Part shown: positions 48,009 through 57,921 of the stretch, piece after piece | How the letters are laid out: every line of letters starts with the position of its first letter | Position numbering within the stretch: the first letter of the stretch is position 1 | Position numbers and translations under genes: made by a program | Assembly: GCA_965279315.1 (NCBI GenBank) | Contig: OZ257145.1 | Coordinates: 2,819,530 to 2,883,529, forward strand | From: Alphaproteobacteria bacterium | Lineage (GTDB): Bacteria > Pseudomonadota > Alphaproteobacteria > Micavibrionales > UBA2020 | Reading direction: 5' to 3' | Length of the DNA: 64,000 bases | Notes under the pieces: generated by a model | What the model saw: the letters and a program-made list of their open reading frames with translations, nothing else | Told to the model about the DNA's origin: nothing | The model's database searches: none

Positions 48009-50576
48009 ATGGCTGACAACGAAAAAGAACCGAAAAAGCTGACCCTGTCCGGCAAAGGCACCCTGAGCCTCAAGGCTCCCGTGGGGGCTGTGCCGCGCCA
48101 GAACATGGCCATGGGCCGCAGCGCAAAGCCTGTCGCCGTCGAGGTGAAGAAAAAACGCGGGGCGCAAGCCGAAGCCGCGCGTCAGGCCGAGGAAAAAGCC
48201 AATGGTGACATCCACCTGACGACGGCGGAGGCCGAAGCCCGCAAACGCGCACTTGCGCTGGCGCAGGCAAGCCCCCGCGACGCAGCAGCCGCCCCCCAAT
48301 ACCAGAAACTGGTCATCAAGAACCAGCCGGTCGAGGAAGAAACGCCCGCAGCAGCAGCCGCGCCCGTCGATACCATGTCCGCCGCCGACCGCGCGCGCGA
48401 ACAGGAAACCGCAAAACTCCGCCAGCTCAACCAGGCGGAAGATGCCGAACGCAAACGCCGCGACGCGACCCGCAGCGCGAACGCCACCAACAATCCCCGC
48501 GTGGGCGCGCCCGTCGCCCCCAACGCGCCGGATGAAGACCGCCGCGGCATGCCCGCAGGCCGCAAGGATTTCGGCCCCGATGCCGCGCCGTCCTCCGTCG
48601 TCGATGAGATCAACCGCAAGCGCGGGGCGGGCCGTTTCGGCGCGCAGCAGCAGCGCAAGCGCGGCGGCGGCAAGATGACCGTCAGCCAGGTCCTGAACGA
48701 CGGTTTCGAAGACCGCGATTCCAAGAGCCCCTCGATGGCGGCACAGCAGCGCGCCCGCGCACGCATGCGCGCCAAGATGATGGCGGAACAGCCCCAGACG
48801 AAGCAATACCGCGAAGTCATCGTGCCGGAAGTCATCACCGTGCAGGAACTGGCGAACCGCATGTCGGAACGCCTCGGCGACGTCGTGAAGAAACTCATGG
48901 GCCTCGGCATCATGGCGACCGGCAACCAGCCGATCGACCAGGACACCGCCGAGCTCGTCGTGCATGAATTCGGCCATACCATCAAGCGCGTGTCGGATTC
49001 CGACGTTGAAACCGGCCTGCGCGTCGAGGACAGCGAAACCGACCTGCTCGGCCGCCCGCCCGTCGTGACCATCATGGGCCACGTCGACCACGGCAAGACC
49101 TCGCTGCTCGACGCCATCCGCGCGACCGACGTTGTGTCGGGCGAAGCCGGCGGCATCACGCAGCACATCGGCGCGTACCAGATCACGACCAAGGCCGGCA
49201 AGAAAATCACCTTCATCGACACCCCCGGCCACGCGGCCTTCACCGAAATGCGCGCACGCGGCGCCGACGTGACGGATATCGTCATCCTGGTCGTCGCGGC
49301 CGATGACTCGGTCATGCCCCAGACGGTGGAAGCGATCAGCCATGCTAAAGCCGCAGGCAAGCCAATGATCATCGCGATCAACAAATGCGACCTGCCGACC
49401 GCGAACCCGAACAAGGTGCGCCAGGAACTGCTGCAATACGAAGTCGTCACCGAGAGCATGGGCGGCGACAGCCAGAGCGTGGAAGTTTCCGCGAAAACCC
49501 GCAAGAACCTCGACTCGTTGGAAGAAGCGATCCTGCTGCAGGCCGAAGTCCTGCACCTGCGCGCCAACCCGAACCGCGCCGCACAGGGCGCTGTCATTGA
49601 ATCGCGCGTCGAACAGGGCAAGGGCTCGGTTGCAACCGTCCTCGTCCAGTCCGGCACGCTGAAGCAGGGCGACATCTTCGTCTCCGGCACCGAATGGGGC
49701 CGTGTCAAGACGCTGCATGACGACCGCGGCACGCTCATCAAATTCGCCCTCCCCGGCCAGCCGGTGGAAGTGCAAGGTCTGACCGGCACGCCCGAAGCGG
49801 GCGATGATTTCTCCGTCGTCGCCGATGAAGCGAAGGCACGCGAGGTCGCCGAATTCCGCCTGCGCAAAAAACGCGCGCTTGCCGCCGCAAAAGGCAAGGG
49901 CCGCGGCATCGACCAGATGATCACCGACATCCAGGCGGGTTCCGCCAAGATGCTGAACGTCATCATCAAGGGCGACGTGCACGGCTCGATCGAGGCGATC
50001 GCGGGCGCACTGAACAAAGTGACCGAAGAAAACAAGGAAGTGAAAGTGCAGGTGCTGCATTCCGGCGTCGGCGCGATCACCGAATCCGACATCACCCTTG
50101 CGAACGCTTCCGGCGCGCTGATCATCGGCTTCAACGTCCGCGCGAACCCGCAGGCACGCGACCTTGCGAAACGCGACGGCGTCGAGATCCGCTACTACTC
50201 GATCATCTACGAAGTGATCGACGAAGTGAAACAGCTGCTCTCCGGCCTGCTCTCGCCCGAGATGAAGGAAAAGTTCATCGGCTACGCGGAAATCCGCAAG
50301 GTGTTCGAGGTCAGCAAGACAGGCAAGATCGCCGGCTGCTTCGTCACCGAAGGCCTCGTCAAGCGCGGCGCGAAAGTCCGCCTGCTGCGCGACAACGTGG
50401 TCATCCATACCGGCACATTGAAAACCCTGCGCCGCTTCAAGGACGAAGTCCGCGAAGTGCAGAAGGGTTATGAATGCGGCATGGCGTTCGAAAGCTATGA
50501 CGACATCAAGGACGGCGACGTGATCGAGGCCTTCGAGATCGAAAGCTCCGCACGCACGCTGGAAGGCACGGCGTAA
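48009..50576 (+). CDS. infB: translation initiation factor IF-2
   Basis: 855 aa. GTPase motifs [14 protein letters not shown] and NKCD. Basic, Ala-rich N-terminal region. Confidence 0.95.
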   Translation: MADNEKEPKKLTLSGKGTLSLKAPVGAVPRQNMAMGRSAKPVAVEVKKKRGAQAEAARQAEEKANGDIHLTTAEAEARKRALALAQASPRDAAAAPQYQKLVIKNQPVEEETPAAAAAPVDTMSAADRAREQETAKLRQLNQAEDAERKRRDATRSANATNNPRVGAPVAPNAPDEDRRGMPAGRKDFGPDAAPSSVVDEINRKRGAGRFGAQQQRKRGGGKMTVSQVLNDGFEDRDSKSPSMAAQQRARARMRAKMMAEQPQTKQYREVIVPEVITVQELANRMSERLGDVVKKLMGLGIMATGNQPIDQDTAELVVHEFGHTIKRVSDSDVETGLRVEDSETDLLGRPPVVTIMGHVDHGKTSLLDAIRATDVVSGEAGGITQHIGAYQITTKAGKKITFIDTPGHAAFTEMRARGADVTDIVILVVAADDSVMPQTVEAISHAKAAGKPMIIAINKCDLPTANPNKVRQELLQYEVVTESMGGDSQSVEVSAKTRKNLDSLEEAILLQAEVLHLRANPNRAAQGAVIESRVEQGKGSVATVLVQSGTLKQGDIFVSGTEWGRVKTLHDDRGTLIKFALPGQPVEVQGLTGTPEAGDDFSVVADEAKAREVAEFRLRKKRALAAAKGKGRGIDQMITDIQAGSAKMLNVIIKGDVHGSIEAIAGALNKVTEENKEVKVQVLHSGVGAITESDITLANASGALIIGFNVRANPQARDLAKRDGVEIRYYSIIYEVIDEVKQLLSGLLSPEMKEKFIGYAEIRKVFEVSKTGKIAGCFVTEGLVKRGAKVRLLRDNVVIHTGTLKTLRRFKDEVREVQKGYECGMAFESYDDIKDGDVIEAFEIESSARTLEGTA

Positions 50577-50586
50577 GGTTAAGACG

Positions 50587-51051
50587 ATGAAGCGCCGTAC
50601 GCCCACATCCCGCGCCGAACCCGGCCAGCGCCAGCTGCGCGTTGCAGAACGCATCCGCCATATCCTGTCGGCTGTCCTGCGCCGCGGGGAGCTGCACGAT
50701 CCTGTCTTGAGCCAGGCGAGCCTGATCACCGTCACCGCCGTCGAAATCGGCCCCGACCTGAAGCATGCGACCGCCTATGTGATGCCGCTCGGCGGCAAGA
50801 ACGCGGACGAGATCGTCCACGCGCTCAACCGCGCCGCCGGCTACTTCCGCTCCGAAATCGGGCCGGAACTTGACCTGCGTTACGCGCCCAAGGTGTCGTT
50901 CCGCTTCGACCACAGCTTCGCCAACGCCGCCCATATCGAAGGCATCCTCCGCCAGGACCGCGTCCAGAAAGACATCCACGCGCCGGTGCGGGATGATGAC
51001 GAAGAAGAAAACGTCGAAAACGACGACGAAGAAGACGATGATAACCGATAA
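50587..51051 (+). CDS. rbfA: ribosome-binding factor A, with an unusually acidic C-terminal tail
   Basis: RV.E.I...L......DP......T.VE...DL..A.V core. The tail is DDDEEENVENDDEEDDDNR. Confidence 0.9.
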   Translation: MKRRTPTSRAEPGQRQLRVAERIRHILSAVLRRGELHDPVLSQASLITVTAVEIGPDLKHATAYVMPLGGKNADEIVHALNRAAGYFRSEIGPELDLRYAPKVSFRFDHSFANAAHIEGILRQDRVQKDIHAPVRDDDEEENVENDDEEDDDNR

Positions 51052-51057
51052 GACGAC

Positions 51058-51458
51058 TCCCCCTCTCCCGCTGGCGGGAGAGGGTTGGGGAGAGGGTGGC
51101 TGGAAAACGATGCGCCACGACTCCACCGCAAAGGCCCAAGACCTGCGGCGGGAACAAACAGAAGCGGAAAAAATTATCTGGCACGCGCTCAAAGCCAAAA
51201 GATTTGACGGTTACAAATTCCGCCGCCAGTTTCTGATCAACCCTTACATTGCGGATTTCGCCTGTGTCGAAAAAATGATCGTCGTGGAAATCGACGGTGG
51301 GCAGCATTGCGAGAGCCTGCGGGATAACGCGAGAACGAAATTTCTCGAATCCAAAGGATGGCAGGTGGTTCGTTTCTGGAATAATGACGTCATGGGCAAC
51401 CTTGACGGCGTCCTGTCCACCCTCTCCCTAACCCTCTCCCGCAGGGCGGGAGAGGGGA
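51058..51458. mobile_element. inverted-repeat-bounded insertion carrying a DUF559 endonuclease gene
   Basis: About 42 bp imperfect terminal inverted repeats at 51058-51099 and 51417-51458. Each contains the hairpin CTCTCCCGC-n3/4-GCGGGAGAG. Located between the rbfA stop and the truB start. Confidence 0.5.
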
Positions 51459-51499
51459 CAATTGCGGCGCAAGACGATGGGAAACAGGACAATGGCTAG
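51110..51499 (+). CDS. DUF559 / Vsr-like endonuclease domain protein
   Basis: LRREQTEAEKIIWHALKAKRFDGYKFRRQ...DF......VVEIDGGQH......D..R...L...GW.V.RFWN..V is the DUF559 signature. The stop overlaps the truB start. Confidence 0.8.
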   Translation: MRHDSTAKAQDLRREQTEAEKIIWHALKAKRFDGYKFRRQFLINPYIADFACVEKMIVVEIDGGQHCESLRDNARTKFLESKGWQVVRFWNNDVMGNLDGVLSTLSLTLSRRAGEGTIAAQDDGKQDNG

Positions 51500-52424
51500 A
51501 AATAAAAAAGGCACCCCCATCCACGGCTGGCTCAACCTCGACAAGCCTCTGGGGATGACATCGACGCAGGCGATTGGCCGCGTGCGCAGGCTGACGCAGG
51601 CGCAGAAGCTCGGCCATGCGGGCACGCTCGACCCGCTCGCAACCGGCATCCTCCCCATTGCGCTGGGCGAGGCGACCAAGACCATCCCCTTCGTGCAGGA
51701 CAGCGACAAGATCTACAAATTTACCGTAAAATGGGGCGAGGCGCGCACGACCGACGATTGCGAAGGCGCGGTCACGCAAAGCTCCGACAAGCGCCCGACG
51801 GAGGCCGAGATCACCGCCCTAATCCCCCGCTTCATCGGCACGATTTCCCAGACCCCGCCGCAGTTCTCGGCCATCAAGATCGACGGCGAAAGGGCCTATG
51901 ATCTGGCCCGCGAAGGCGAAAAAGTCGATATCCAGCCCCGAAACGTGGTGGTTTACGACTTTAAACTGGTCAAAACGACCGAAAGTGACGCGGAATTCGA
52001 GCTAAACTGCGGAAAAGGCACCTATGTGCGCTCCATTGCCCGCGATATGGGCCAAATTCTGGGCTGTTTCGGCCATGTTTCCCTGCTCCGCCGCACGGCC
52101 GTTGGCGGTTTTACGGAAGAAAACTCGATTTCTCTGGACGAATTCGAGAAAATAATGCAATCTGCCGCTCCTGATCAGGTTCTGATGCCTGTGGAGACTG
52201 TGCTGGACGACATCCCGGCACTAGCCATGACAGCTTTGGAGATCAGCCGTATTAAGCAGGGTCAGACCCTGAAGTTTTTGTCGCGGCAGGATATCGAGCG
52301 CCTCACGGTTGCAGGTATCGACGAGACGACCACTTTGGTTCTGGCTGTTGGGGACAACAAGCCCCTCGCCCTTCTTGAGAAGAATGGGATAGAGCTTCAT
52401 CCGGTCAAAGTCTTTAACCTTTAA
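51492..52424 (+). CDS. truB: tRNA pseudouridine55 synthase
   Basis: [23 protein letters not shown] (catalytic Asp). In-frame alternative starts at 51462 and 51477. Confidence 0.9.
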   Translation: MARNKKGTPIHGWLNLDKPLGMTSTQAIGRVRRLTQAQKLGHAGTLDPLATGILPIALGEATKTIPFVQDSDKIYKFTVKWGEARTTDDCEGAVTQSSDKRPTEAEITALIPRFIGTISQTPPQFSAIKIDGERAYDLAREGEKVDIQPRNVVVYDFKLVKTTESDAEFELNCGKGTYVRSIARDMGQILGCFGHVSLLRRTAVGGFTEENSISLDEFEKIMQSAAPDQVLMPVETVLDDIPALAMTALEISRIKQGQTLKFLSRQDIERLTVAGIDETTTLVLAVGDNKPLALLEKNGIELHPVKVFNL

Positions 52425-52441
52425 TTTTAAAGGAGTATACG

Positions 52442-52711
52442 ATGTCGCTGACAAAGAGCACGAAGTCGGAAACGATCAAGAAATACGCAACCACCCCCAA
52501 GGACACCGGTTCCGCGGAAGTGCAAGTTGCCCTCTTGACCACGCGCATTAGCCAACTGACCGAACACATGAAGACGCACAAAAAAGACATGGGTTCGCGC
52601 CGTGGCCTGCTGCTGATGGTGTCCAAACGCCGCCGTCACCTCAACTACCTGAAAAAAGTTGACTCGAAAGGCTACGAAAAGCTGATCGACAGCCTCGGCC
52701 TCCGCCGCTAA
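52442..52711 (+). CDS. rpsO: 30S ribosomal protein S15
   Basis: 89 aa. GS.EVQVA.LT.RI..LT.H...HKKD..SRRGLL..V..RR.LL.YL. Confidence 0.95.
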   Translation: MSLTKSTKSETIKKYATTPKDTGSAEVQVALLTTRISQLTEHMKTHKKDMGSRRGLLLMVSKRRRHLNYLKKVDSKGYEKLIDSLGLRR

Positions 52712-52732
52712 TTTCAGATTTCAGATACATGG

Positions 52733-52768
52733 AAAAAGCCGCTGATTAGTCAGCGGCTTTTTCTTTTG
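52733..52768 (+). terminator. rho-independent terminator after rpsO
   Basis: AAAAAGCCGCTGA-ttag-TCAGCGGCTTTTT followed by CTTTTG. Confidence 0.7.
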
Positions 52769-52792
52769 CCGCGCCTGTTCTAAACTCGTCGC

Positions 52793-53821
52793 ATGTTGAA
52801 CACGCTTCCCATCCCCATCCTGCAGGCGCCGATGCTCGGCGTGTCGTCGTCCGCGCTGGCGGCTGCCGTGTCGAATGCAGGCGGGCTGGGGTCTGTCGCG
52901 CTCGGCGCGCTCGCGCCGGAAAAGATTGCGCCGCTTGCCGCTGAAATTCGCACGCTCACCTCACGCGCTTTCGGCATCAACCTTTTCATCCAGCGGCGCG
53001 CACCCGTCGATGATGCCGCCATCGCACTGGCGGTCGCGCGCCTGAAACCATGGCGCGACCGTTTCGGGTTGCCGGATATAGAATTTCCAAAAGACTGGTT
53101 CGCCGATTTTGACGGGCAGCTGCAGGCCGTGATCGAGTGCCGCCCCGCTGTCGCCAGTTTCACCTTCGGCTGCCTCACCCAGGATGAAACCGCCCGCCTG
53201 CACGCCGCCAATATTTATGTCATCGGCACGGCGACGACGGTTCGGGAAGCGCAAGCATGGAAATCGGTTGGCGCGGACGCGATCTGCCTGCAAGGCGGCG
53301 AGGCTGGCGGCCATCGCGGCAGCTTCACGCCCGAAGCGCAGATCAACCCTGTTCCGCTGCGCCAGCTTCTGCAGGAAACATCCGACAGCATCGCCCTTCC
53401 CCTGATCGCGGCGGGCGGGATCATGAACGGCCACGGCATCGCCGAAATGCTGAAAGCGGGCGCCGCCGCGGTACAGCTCGGCACCGCCTTCCTGCTCTGC
53501 CCTGAATCTACGACGAACGCGCCATGGCGTGCCGCACTCAAAAACACCGCACAGCCCACGCGCCTGACCCGCGCCTTTTCCGGCCGCTATGCGCGGGGCA
53601 TCGTCAACGCGTTCATGGAAGACTTGGTCGATATTGAAAAAGTCCTGCCCGATTATCCGGTGCAGAATATCCTGACATCCGGCCTGCGCGCCGCATGTGC
53701 AAAGGCGGGTTCACCTGATTGCCTGTCACTCTGGGCCGGAACAAATTACGCTGCCGCGCGCGAAATACCCGCAGGCGATCTGTTGTGTCAGCTGTGGCAG
53801 GAAGTTCAGGCAGCAGGTTGA
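52793..53821 (+). CDS. nitronate monooxygenase (NMO / 2-nitropropane dioxygenase family)
   Basis: PI.QAPM.GVS...LAAAVSNAGGLG; EAGGHRG; AAGGI..G......L..GA.AVQLGT. Confidence 0.85.
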   Translation: MLNTLPIPILQAPMLGVSSSALAAAVSNAGGLGSVALGALAPEKIAPLAAEIRTLTSRAFGINLFIQRRAPVDDAAIALAVARLKPWRDRFGLPDIEFPKDWFADFDGQLQAVIECRPAVASFTFGCLTQDETARLHAANIYVIGTATTVREAQAWKSVGADAICLQGGEAGGHRGSFTPEAQINPVPLRQLLQETSDSIALPLIAAGGIMNGHGIAEMLKAGAAAVQLGTAFLLCPESTTNAPWRAALKNTAQPTRLTRAFSGRYARGIVNAFMEDLVDIEKVLPDYPVQNILTSGLRAACAKAGSPDCLSLWAGTNYAAAREIPAGDLLCQLWQEVQAAG

Positions 53822-53825
53822 GCCG

Positions 53826-54236
53826 TTATTGAGCGGCGCGGAGCAATTCCGCTTTCTTGGGAAAATAATGTTCGCCATGCGATGCGGCCAGCAGCCATTC
53901 CAGCTTGCCGTTTTTCAGGGTCAGCGTGGCGGTGCCGGTGCCCCCGTCGGGGAAGGCGGAAGCAAAATCGATTTTCGCCATATTGCCTTCGACCAGACCG
54001 GTGATGCTGGGCACAAGTTCCTCGCCCGCATCATCCACTTTGTTCCCGTCCTGACCGATGGCGATGTGAAATCCCGTCAGCGCCTCGCCGTTCTGGTCAA
54101 GCGTCAACTCAAGGCTTTCCTTGCCTTGCGACCATGTCCATTTACCGTCAAAGGGATCTGCGCTTGCCTGCGCGCGCGCCGCTACCGGCAGCAAAAACAT
54201 CACGAAACCCAGAATAATAAAAACCGTACGCATCAT
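53826..54236 (-). CDS. hypothetical secreted protein
   Basis: Signal peptide MMRTVFIILGFVMFLLPVAARAQA. The ATG overlaps the bdhA stop (ATGA). Confidence 0.55.
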   Translation of the reverse strand: MMRTVFIILGFVMFLLPVAARAQASADPFDGKWTWSQGKESLELTLDQNGEALTGFHIAIGQDGNKVDDAGEELVPSITGLVEGNMAKIDFASAFPDGGTGTATLTLKNGKLEWLLAASHGEHYFPKKAELLRAAQ

Positions 54237-55015
54237 TCCATCACCCACCCATGGCTTACCAGCAGCGACTGCCCGGTCAGGGCGTTGGTTTTGAATTCGG
54301 CAAAAAATAGTGCGACGTCGGCGACGTCCTGCAACGTGGTGAACTCGCCATCGACCGTGTCTTTCAGCATGATCTTCTTGATCACTTCGTCTTCGGTAAT
54401 GCCGAGCGCCTGTGCCTGTTCGGGGATTTGTTTTTCAACGAGCGGGGTGCGGACGAAGCCGGGGCAGATGGTGTTGCAGCGCACGTTATGCTTCGCGCCT
54501 TCTTTCGCCACGACCTTGCCGAAGCCGATCAGCGCGTGTTTCGCGGTCACATAGGGCGCTTTCAGCAGCGACGCGGTTTTGGAATGCGCCGAGCCCATCA
54601 GGATGATGCTGCCGCCCCTGCCCTGTTTGTACATATGGCGCAACGCCGCGCGGGTGGTGAGGAACGCGCCGTCGACATGCACCGCCATCAGCAGCTTCCA
54701 TTTCGCGTAGTCGAATTCCTCGATCGGCGCCACGATCTGGATGCCCGCATTGCTGACAAGGATGTCGATGCCGCCCAGTTCTTTTGCCGCGCGGTCGATG
54801 CCGGCATCGACCTGTTCCTCGCTCGTCACATCCATGGCGATGCCGATGGCGCGCTTGCCGGTGGGGTCGAGCTGTTTGGCGGCGGCGTCCGCTGCGGCGG
54901 CGTTGAGGTCGGCCAGCGCAACCTTCGCGCCTTCGCGCAAATACGTGCGCGCGATTTCGAGGCCGAGGCCGCTGGCAGCGCCGGTAACGACGGCAACTTT
55001 ATCCTTGAGGCGCAT
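54233..55015 (-). CDS. bdhA: 3-hydroxybutyrate dehydrogenase (SDR)
   Basis: TGAASGLG, NAGIQ, S...YVTAKH and CPGFVRTPLVEKQI match BdhA-type SDRs. AAGGAG SD before the ATG at 55015. Confidence 0.85.
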   Translation of the reverse strand: MRLKDKVAVVTGAASGLGLEIARTYLREGAKVALADLNAAAADAAAKQLDPTGKRAIGIAMDVTSEEQVDAGIDRAAKELGGIDILVSNAGIQIVAPIEEFDYAKWKLLMAVHVDGAFLTTRAALRHMYKQGRGGSIILMGSAHSKTASLLKAPYVTAKHALIGFGKVVAKEGAKHNVRCNTICPGFVRTPLVEKQIPEQAQALGITEDEVIKKIMLKDTVDGEFTTLQDVADVALFFAEFKTNALTGQSLLVSHGWVME

Positions 55016-55304
55016 GATATTCTCCTTGATGCAGCGCACAAAATAAGCCCCTGCGGCTTCCAAGTCAACGAGAGGGCTTTGTCGCGCGGCGGAGAATTTC
55101 GCGGATATTGTTCGTTCCAATTCACAATGTTCAATAACCCATCATCCATTACCGTAACATATAAATGCGATAAACGCAATTAGAATCAGGCAAGCGGTTG
55201 GTATGCCGCGCTTATCCCTGCCGCGGTTTCAGGCGCGGGTGGATTGACTTGGGGGGCCATGCTTCCTAACATCATTCAACACCAAGAACTTGAAGGCAAA
55301 AGCC

Positions 55305-55922
55305 ATGAGATTCGCAGACACGAAACTGCCGCAGCACCCTGTTATCGAACAGGCCTTCAACGAGCTAACCCGTCTCGACACCGACAACAATTTCACCGAC
55401 CGCGGCGTGCGCATCGCGCAGATCATCGCCGCCGAAAGCCTGTCGAAAGACCCCGACGCGATTGCCGCCGGGCTGCTGGTGCCGATGGCGAGCGATACGG
55501 GGCAGGTTTTGCTGGCGCAGGCGACCCTGCCGCCCCGCGTGACGGAGATCATCCAGTCCGTGTTCGATATCGGCGGCATGACGATGCGCTGCGAACCCAT
55601 CGAGGCATTTTACAAGGAACTGGATGCGGGCGCGCGTTCCGTCATCCTCGCCTCCAGCTACCGCATGTTCGAAGTGATGGCGGCGGAGATGGAAGAAAGC
55701 CTGATCGCATCGCGCCGCGCAGGCGCGAAGGCCGATGCCGCGTTTTTGCAGGAAACGCTCGATCCCGTCAAGAAATTCACCGGCATGATATGCCGCGCGG
55801 AAACCGAGGAAAAACAGCTGGCGCAGAAATGCGACGATGCGGTCTTGCGCATCGAAACGCTGATCCACGGCGCAAACCCGCCTGCCCCGCCGAAGGCGAC
55901 GCCGGCAGCGCCTAAACCCTGA
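55305..55922 (+). CDS. hypothetical protein; weak resemblance to a degenerate RelA/SpoT-type HD domain; Pro/Lys tail
   Basis: ATG at 55305 (a TTG at 55290 is also open). RGVRIAQIIAAESLSKDPDAIAAGLLVPMASDT parallels HP..VA.ILA...D..T..AALLHD..EDT but lacks the His and Asp residues. Confidence 0.55.
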   Translation: MRFADTKLPQHPVIEQAFNELTRLDTDNNFTDRGVRIAQIIAAESLSKDPDAIAAGLLVPMASDTGQVLLAQATLPPRVTEIIQSVFDIGGMTMRCEPIEAFYKELDAGARSVILASSYRMFEVMAAEMEESLIASRRAGAKADAAFLQETLDPVKKFTGMICRAETEEKQLAQKCDDAVLRIETLIHGANPPAPPKATPAAPKP

Positions 55923-55929
55923 AAATATT

Positions 55930-56346
55930 TTATTGCGACCAGATCGTGACGGGCACGTCCATCGCGCTGCCGTTCAGCGACATCGCGACCGTGACCGTGT
56001 TGGGATAGGCGCAAGAGACGCAAGCCGTTTGCGTGCCGCGCACTTCCGCCGCTTCGCTGGGGGCGAAGCTGGGGCGCACGGTGTTGCGGCCGCTCATGTG
56101 GTTTCCCTTGAAGCAGGAAATGCTCATGGTATCCGGGGCGCGGCGCACCATCACGGCGCCGGGTGCCTTCACCGAATAGGTGTTCAACCCGCCCTGCATC
56201 ACGCAATTCGCGCCGGTCACGCCGGGGGTGTTGATGACGATGCTCTGGTACGGCGTGCGCGCAGGGGGCGCCATCGACACTTCTTTTTCGGCGCAGGCGG
56301 ATACCAGCATGGCCGCCGCCAGCACGAAAAATTTCATCTTGTTCAT
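55930..56346 (-). CDS. lipoprotein (hypothetical)
   Basis: MNKMKFFVLAAAMLVSAC lipobox. The ATG overlaps the upstream stop (ATGA). Confidence 0.6.
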   Translation of the reverse strand: MNKMKFFVLAAAMLVSACAEKEVSMAPPARTPYQSIVINTPGVTGANCVMQGGLNTYSVKAPGAVMVRRAPDTMSISCFKGNHMSGRNTVRPSFAPSEAAEVRGTQTACVSCAYPNTVTVAMSLNGSAMDVPVTIWSQ

Positions 56347-57212
56347 ACCGATGTATCCCTGTTGTGAAGCGCTTTTTTGATCGCGGGCGCCAGCGCCACG
56401 CCGATGATGATGAGGCCGATGCAAAGCGCCGCGACGAGCGACAGGTTCAGCAGGAAATCCATTTCGCCGCTGGTGTCCGTCGCCGGGTCCGCGATGGTGG
56501 CGGGGACGGCGCCGCCATTGGCGGCCAGCGTCCGGCGCGCATATTCCTTGGCGGCTTCCTTGACGAATTCGTTGTCCTCCGCGCCGGCGTATTGCGAATA
56601 GACGCTGTAGATCAACGCCTTGTTTTTCACGTTCAGCGCCGACATCGAAATCGCGATCGGGATATCCACCTGCTGGCCGTCCGGCGTTTTCATGCCGATA
56701 TTGGCGAGCATCGAGATGCCGATGGCGTTATCGAGGTTCATGAACGCGCCGAAGCTTTTGGATTCGCCGATGCTGACCTGTGCCGCGCTGCCCTTGTTGA
56801 TGTTGTCGAGCATTTCCTGCGCGGCGGCATCGGCATTCAGCACGCCGCCCGTTTCGCGGATGATCGCTTCCTTGAAGATATCGAAATCTTTCTGGTCCTT
56901 GATCGTCACGTCGGATTTGGTGGTCTGCACCAGAATATAACGCTTGATGCCGGAGGCGGGATTTTCCTCCATCGCCTTCAGGTCCTTGAACGACAGGTAG
57001 ACCGCCAGCAGGCGGTTTTCCGGCGGCACGAACTGCTTCACCAGCTTGTCGAATTCGGGGTTCTTGCCGTAGCGTTCCTCGAACCCCAATAAATTCGGCA
57101 GCGCGATTTCCTGGTCGCCGACAAACGAATTGCGCGCGACCGTTTCATCATCCGCCCGTGCAGGCATGGCGAAGGCCATCACGAAAACAAGTGCGAGAAG
57201 GATATGTTTCAA
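56343..57212 (-). CDS. hypothetical exported protein with a C-terminal membrane anchor
   Basis: Signal peptide ..AFAMPARA and a C-terminal TM LSLVAALCIGLIIIGVALA. The TTG start overlaps the stop of the upstream phosphatase gene. Confidence 0.6.
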   Translation of the reverse strand: MKHILLALVFVMAFAMPARADDETVARNSFVGDQEIALPNLLGFEERYGKNPEFDKLVKQFVPPENRLLAVYLSFKDLKAMEENPASGIKRYILVQTTKSDVTIKDQKDFDIFKEAIIRETGGVLNADAAAQEMLDNINKGSAAQVSIGESKSFGAFMNLDNAIGISMLANIGMKTPDGQQVDIPIAISMSALNVKNKALIYSVYSQYAGAEDNEFVKEAAKEYARRTLAANGGAVPATIADPATDTSGEMDFLLNLSLVAALCIGLIIIGVALAPAIKKALHNRDTSV

Positions 57213-57883
57213 GGCTTGGGTCCGTTATTTGCGGGTTTTGCGGGCTTTGGCTGCACCTGATAATGGTTCACCAGCTTGCCGTCTTCGTATTCATACACGA
57301 CCGGCGCCGCGTTCGGCACGCGCTGGCGGTTCGACCAGATATCTTCGGTGGGCACGGGCTTTGTGCCGATGGCGATTTCAAAGGCGACCATGATGCCGGA
57401 ATGGGACGCGACCAGAACCGTTTCACCGCGCTCCAGCCGCGGCACGATTTCCTCGTCATAGAATTTTTTCGTGCGCGCGACCATTTGCTCGTCGCTCTCC
57501 CCGTTCGGCAGCGCGATATTGTAGGCGCGCGGGTAATTCAGGATTTCGGGATCGGTCAGCTTGTTCCGCGCCGTGAAATCGCCGGAGTCACCCTCGACGA
57601 TCTCGATGCGTTTTTCGATGTTCCATGTGCCGTCGGGATTTTTCAGGTGGTCATTGCTGCCGGAGCTTTCCAGCGCGATCGCCGCCGTGTTGAAAGCACG
57701 CTGCAGGGTCGAGGCATAGGCCTTGTCGAAAACGAATTCACTGATAAGGCTGCCCGCCTCCCGTGCCTGTTCCTCACCCGTTTCGGTCAGGGGGATATCG
57801 TGCAGGCCGGTCATGAAATGTTTTTTGTTGTATTCCGTCTGTCCGTGACGGAACAGGACGAGCGTGCCTTTGGTCTTGGTCAT
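57209..57883 (-). CDS. histidine phosphatase family protein, paralog 1
   Basis: LFRHGQTEYN (RHG motif) and ASHSG second His. Pro/Lys C-terminal tail ..PKPAKPANNGPKP. ATG at 57883 (a TTG at 57913 is also open). Confidence 0.8.
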   Translation of the reverse strand: MTKTKGTLVLFRHGQTEYNKKHFMTGLHDIPLTETGEEQAREAGSLISEFVFDKAYASTLQRAFNTAAIALESSGSNDHLKNPDGTWNIEKRIEIVEGDSGDFTARNKLTDPEILNYPRAYNIALPNGESDEQMVARTKKFYDEEIVPRLERGETVLVASHSGIMVAFEIAIGTKPVPTEDIWSNRQRVPNAAPVVYEYEDGKLVNHYQVQPKPAKPANNGPKP

Positions 57884-57921
57884 GCCTGAAGCCTTTTTGA
57901 TTGGTTCAGGCAAATATAGCG

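Noticed and set aside
47892-50735. Very long antisense ORFs: 947 aa opposite infB; 434 aa at 62524-63828 opposite pnp; 438 aa at 29371-30687 opposite recG; 506 aa at 31259-32779 opposite the permease; 411 aa at 36904-38139; 426 aa at 18452-19732
   Set aside because: All are Arg/Ala/Gly/His-rich and lack recognisable motifs and Shine-Dalgarno sequences. Each lies exactly antisense to a gene with unmistakable family signatures. These are typical shadow ORFs of GC-rich DNA.
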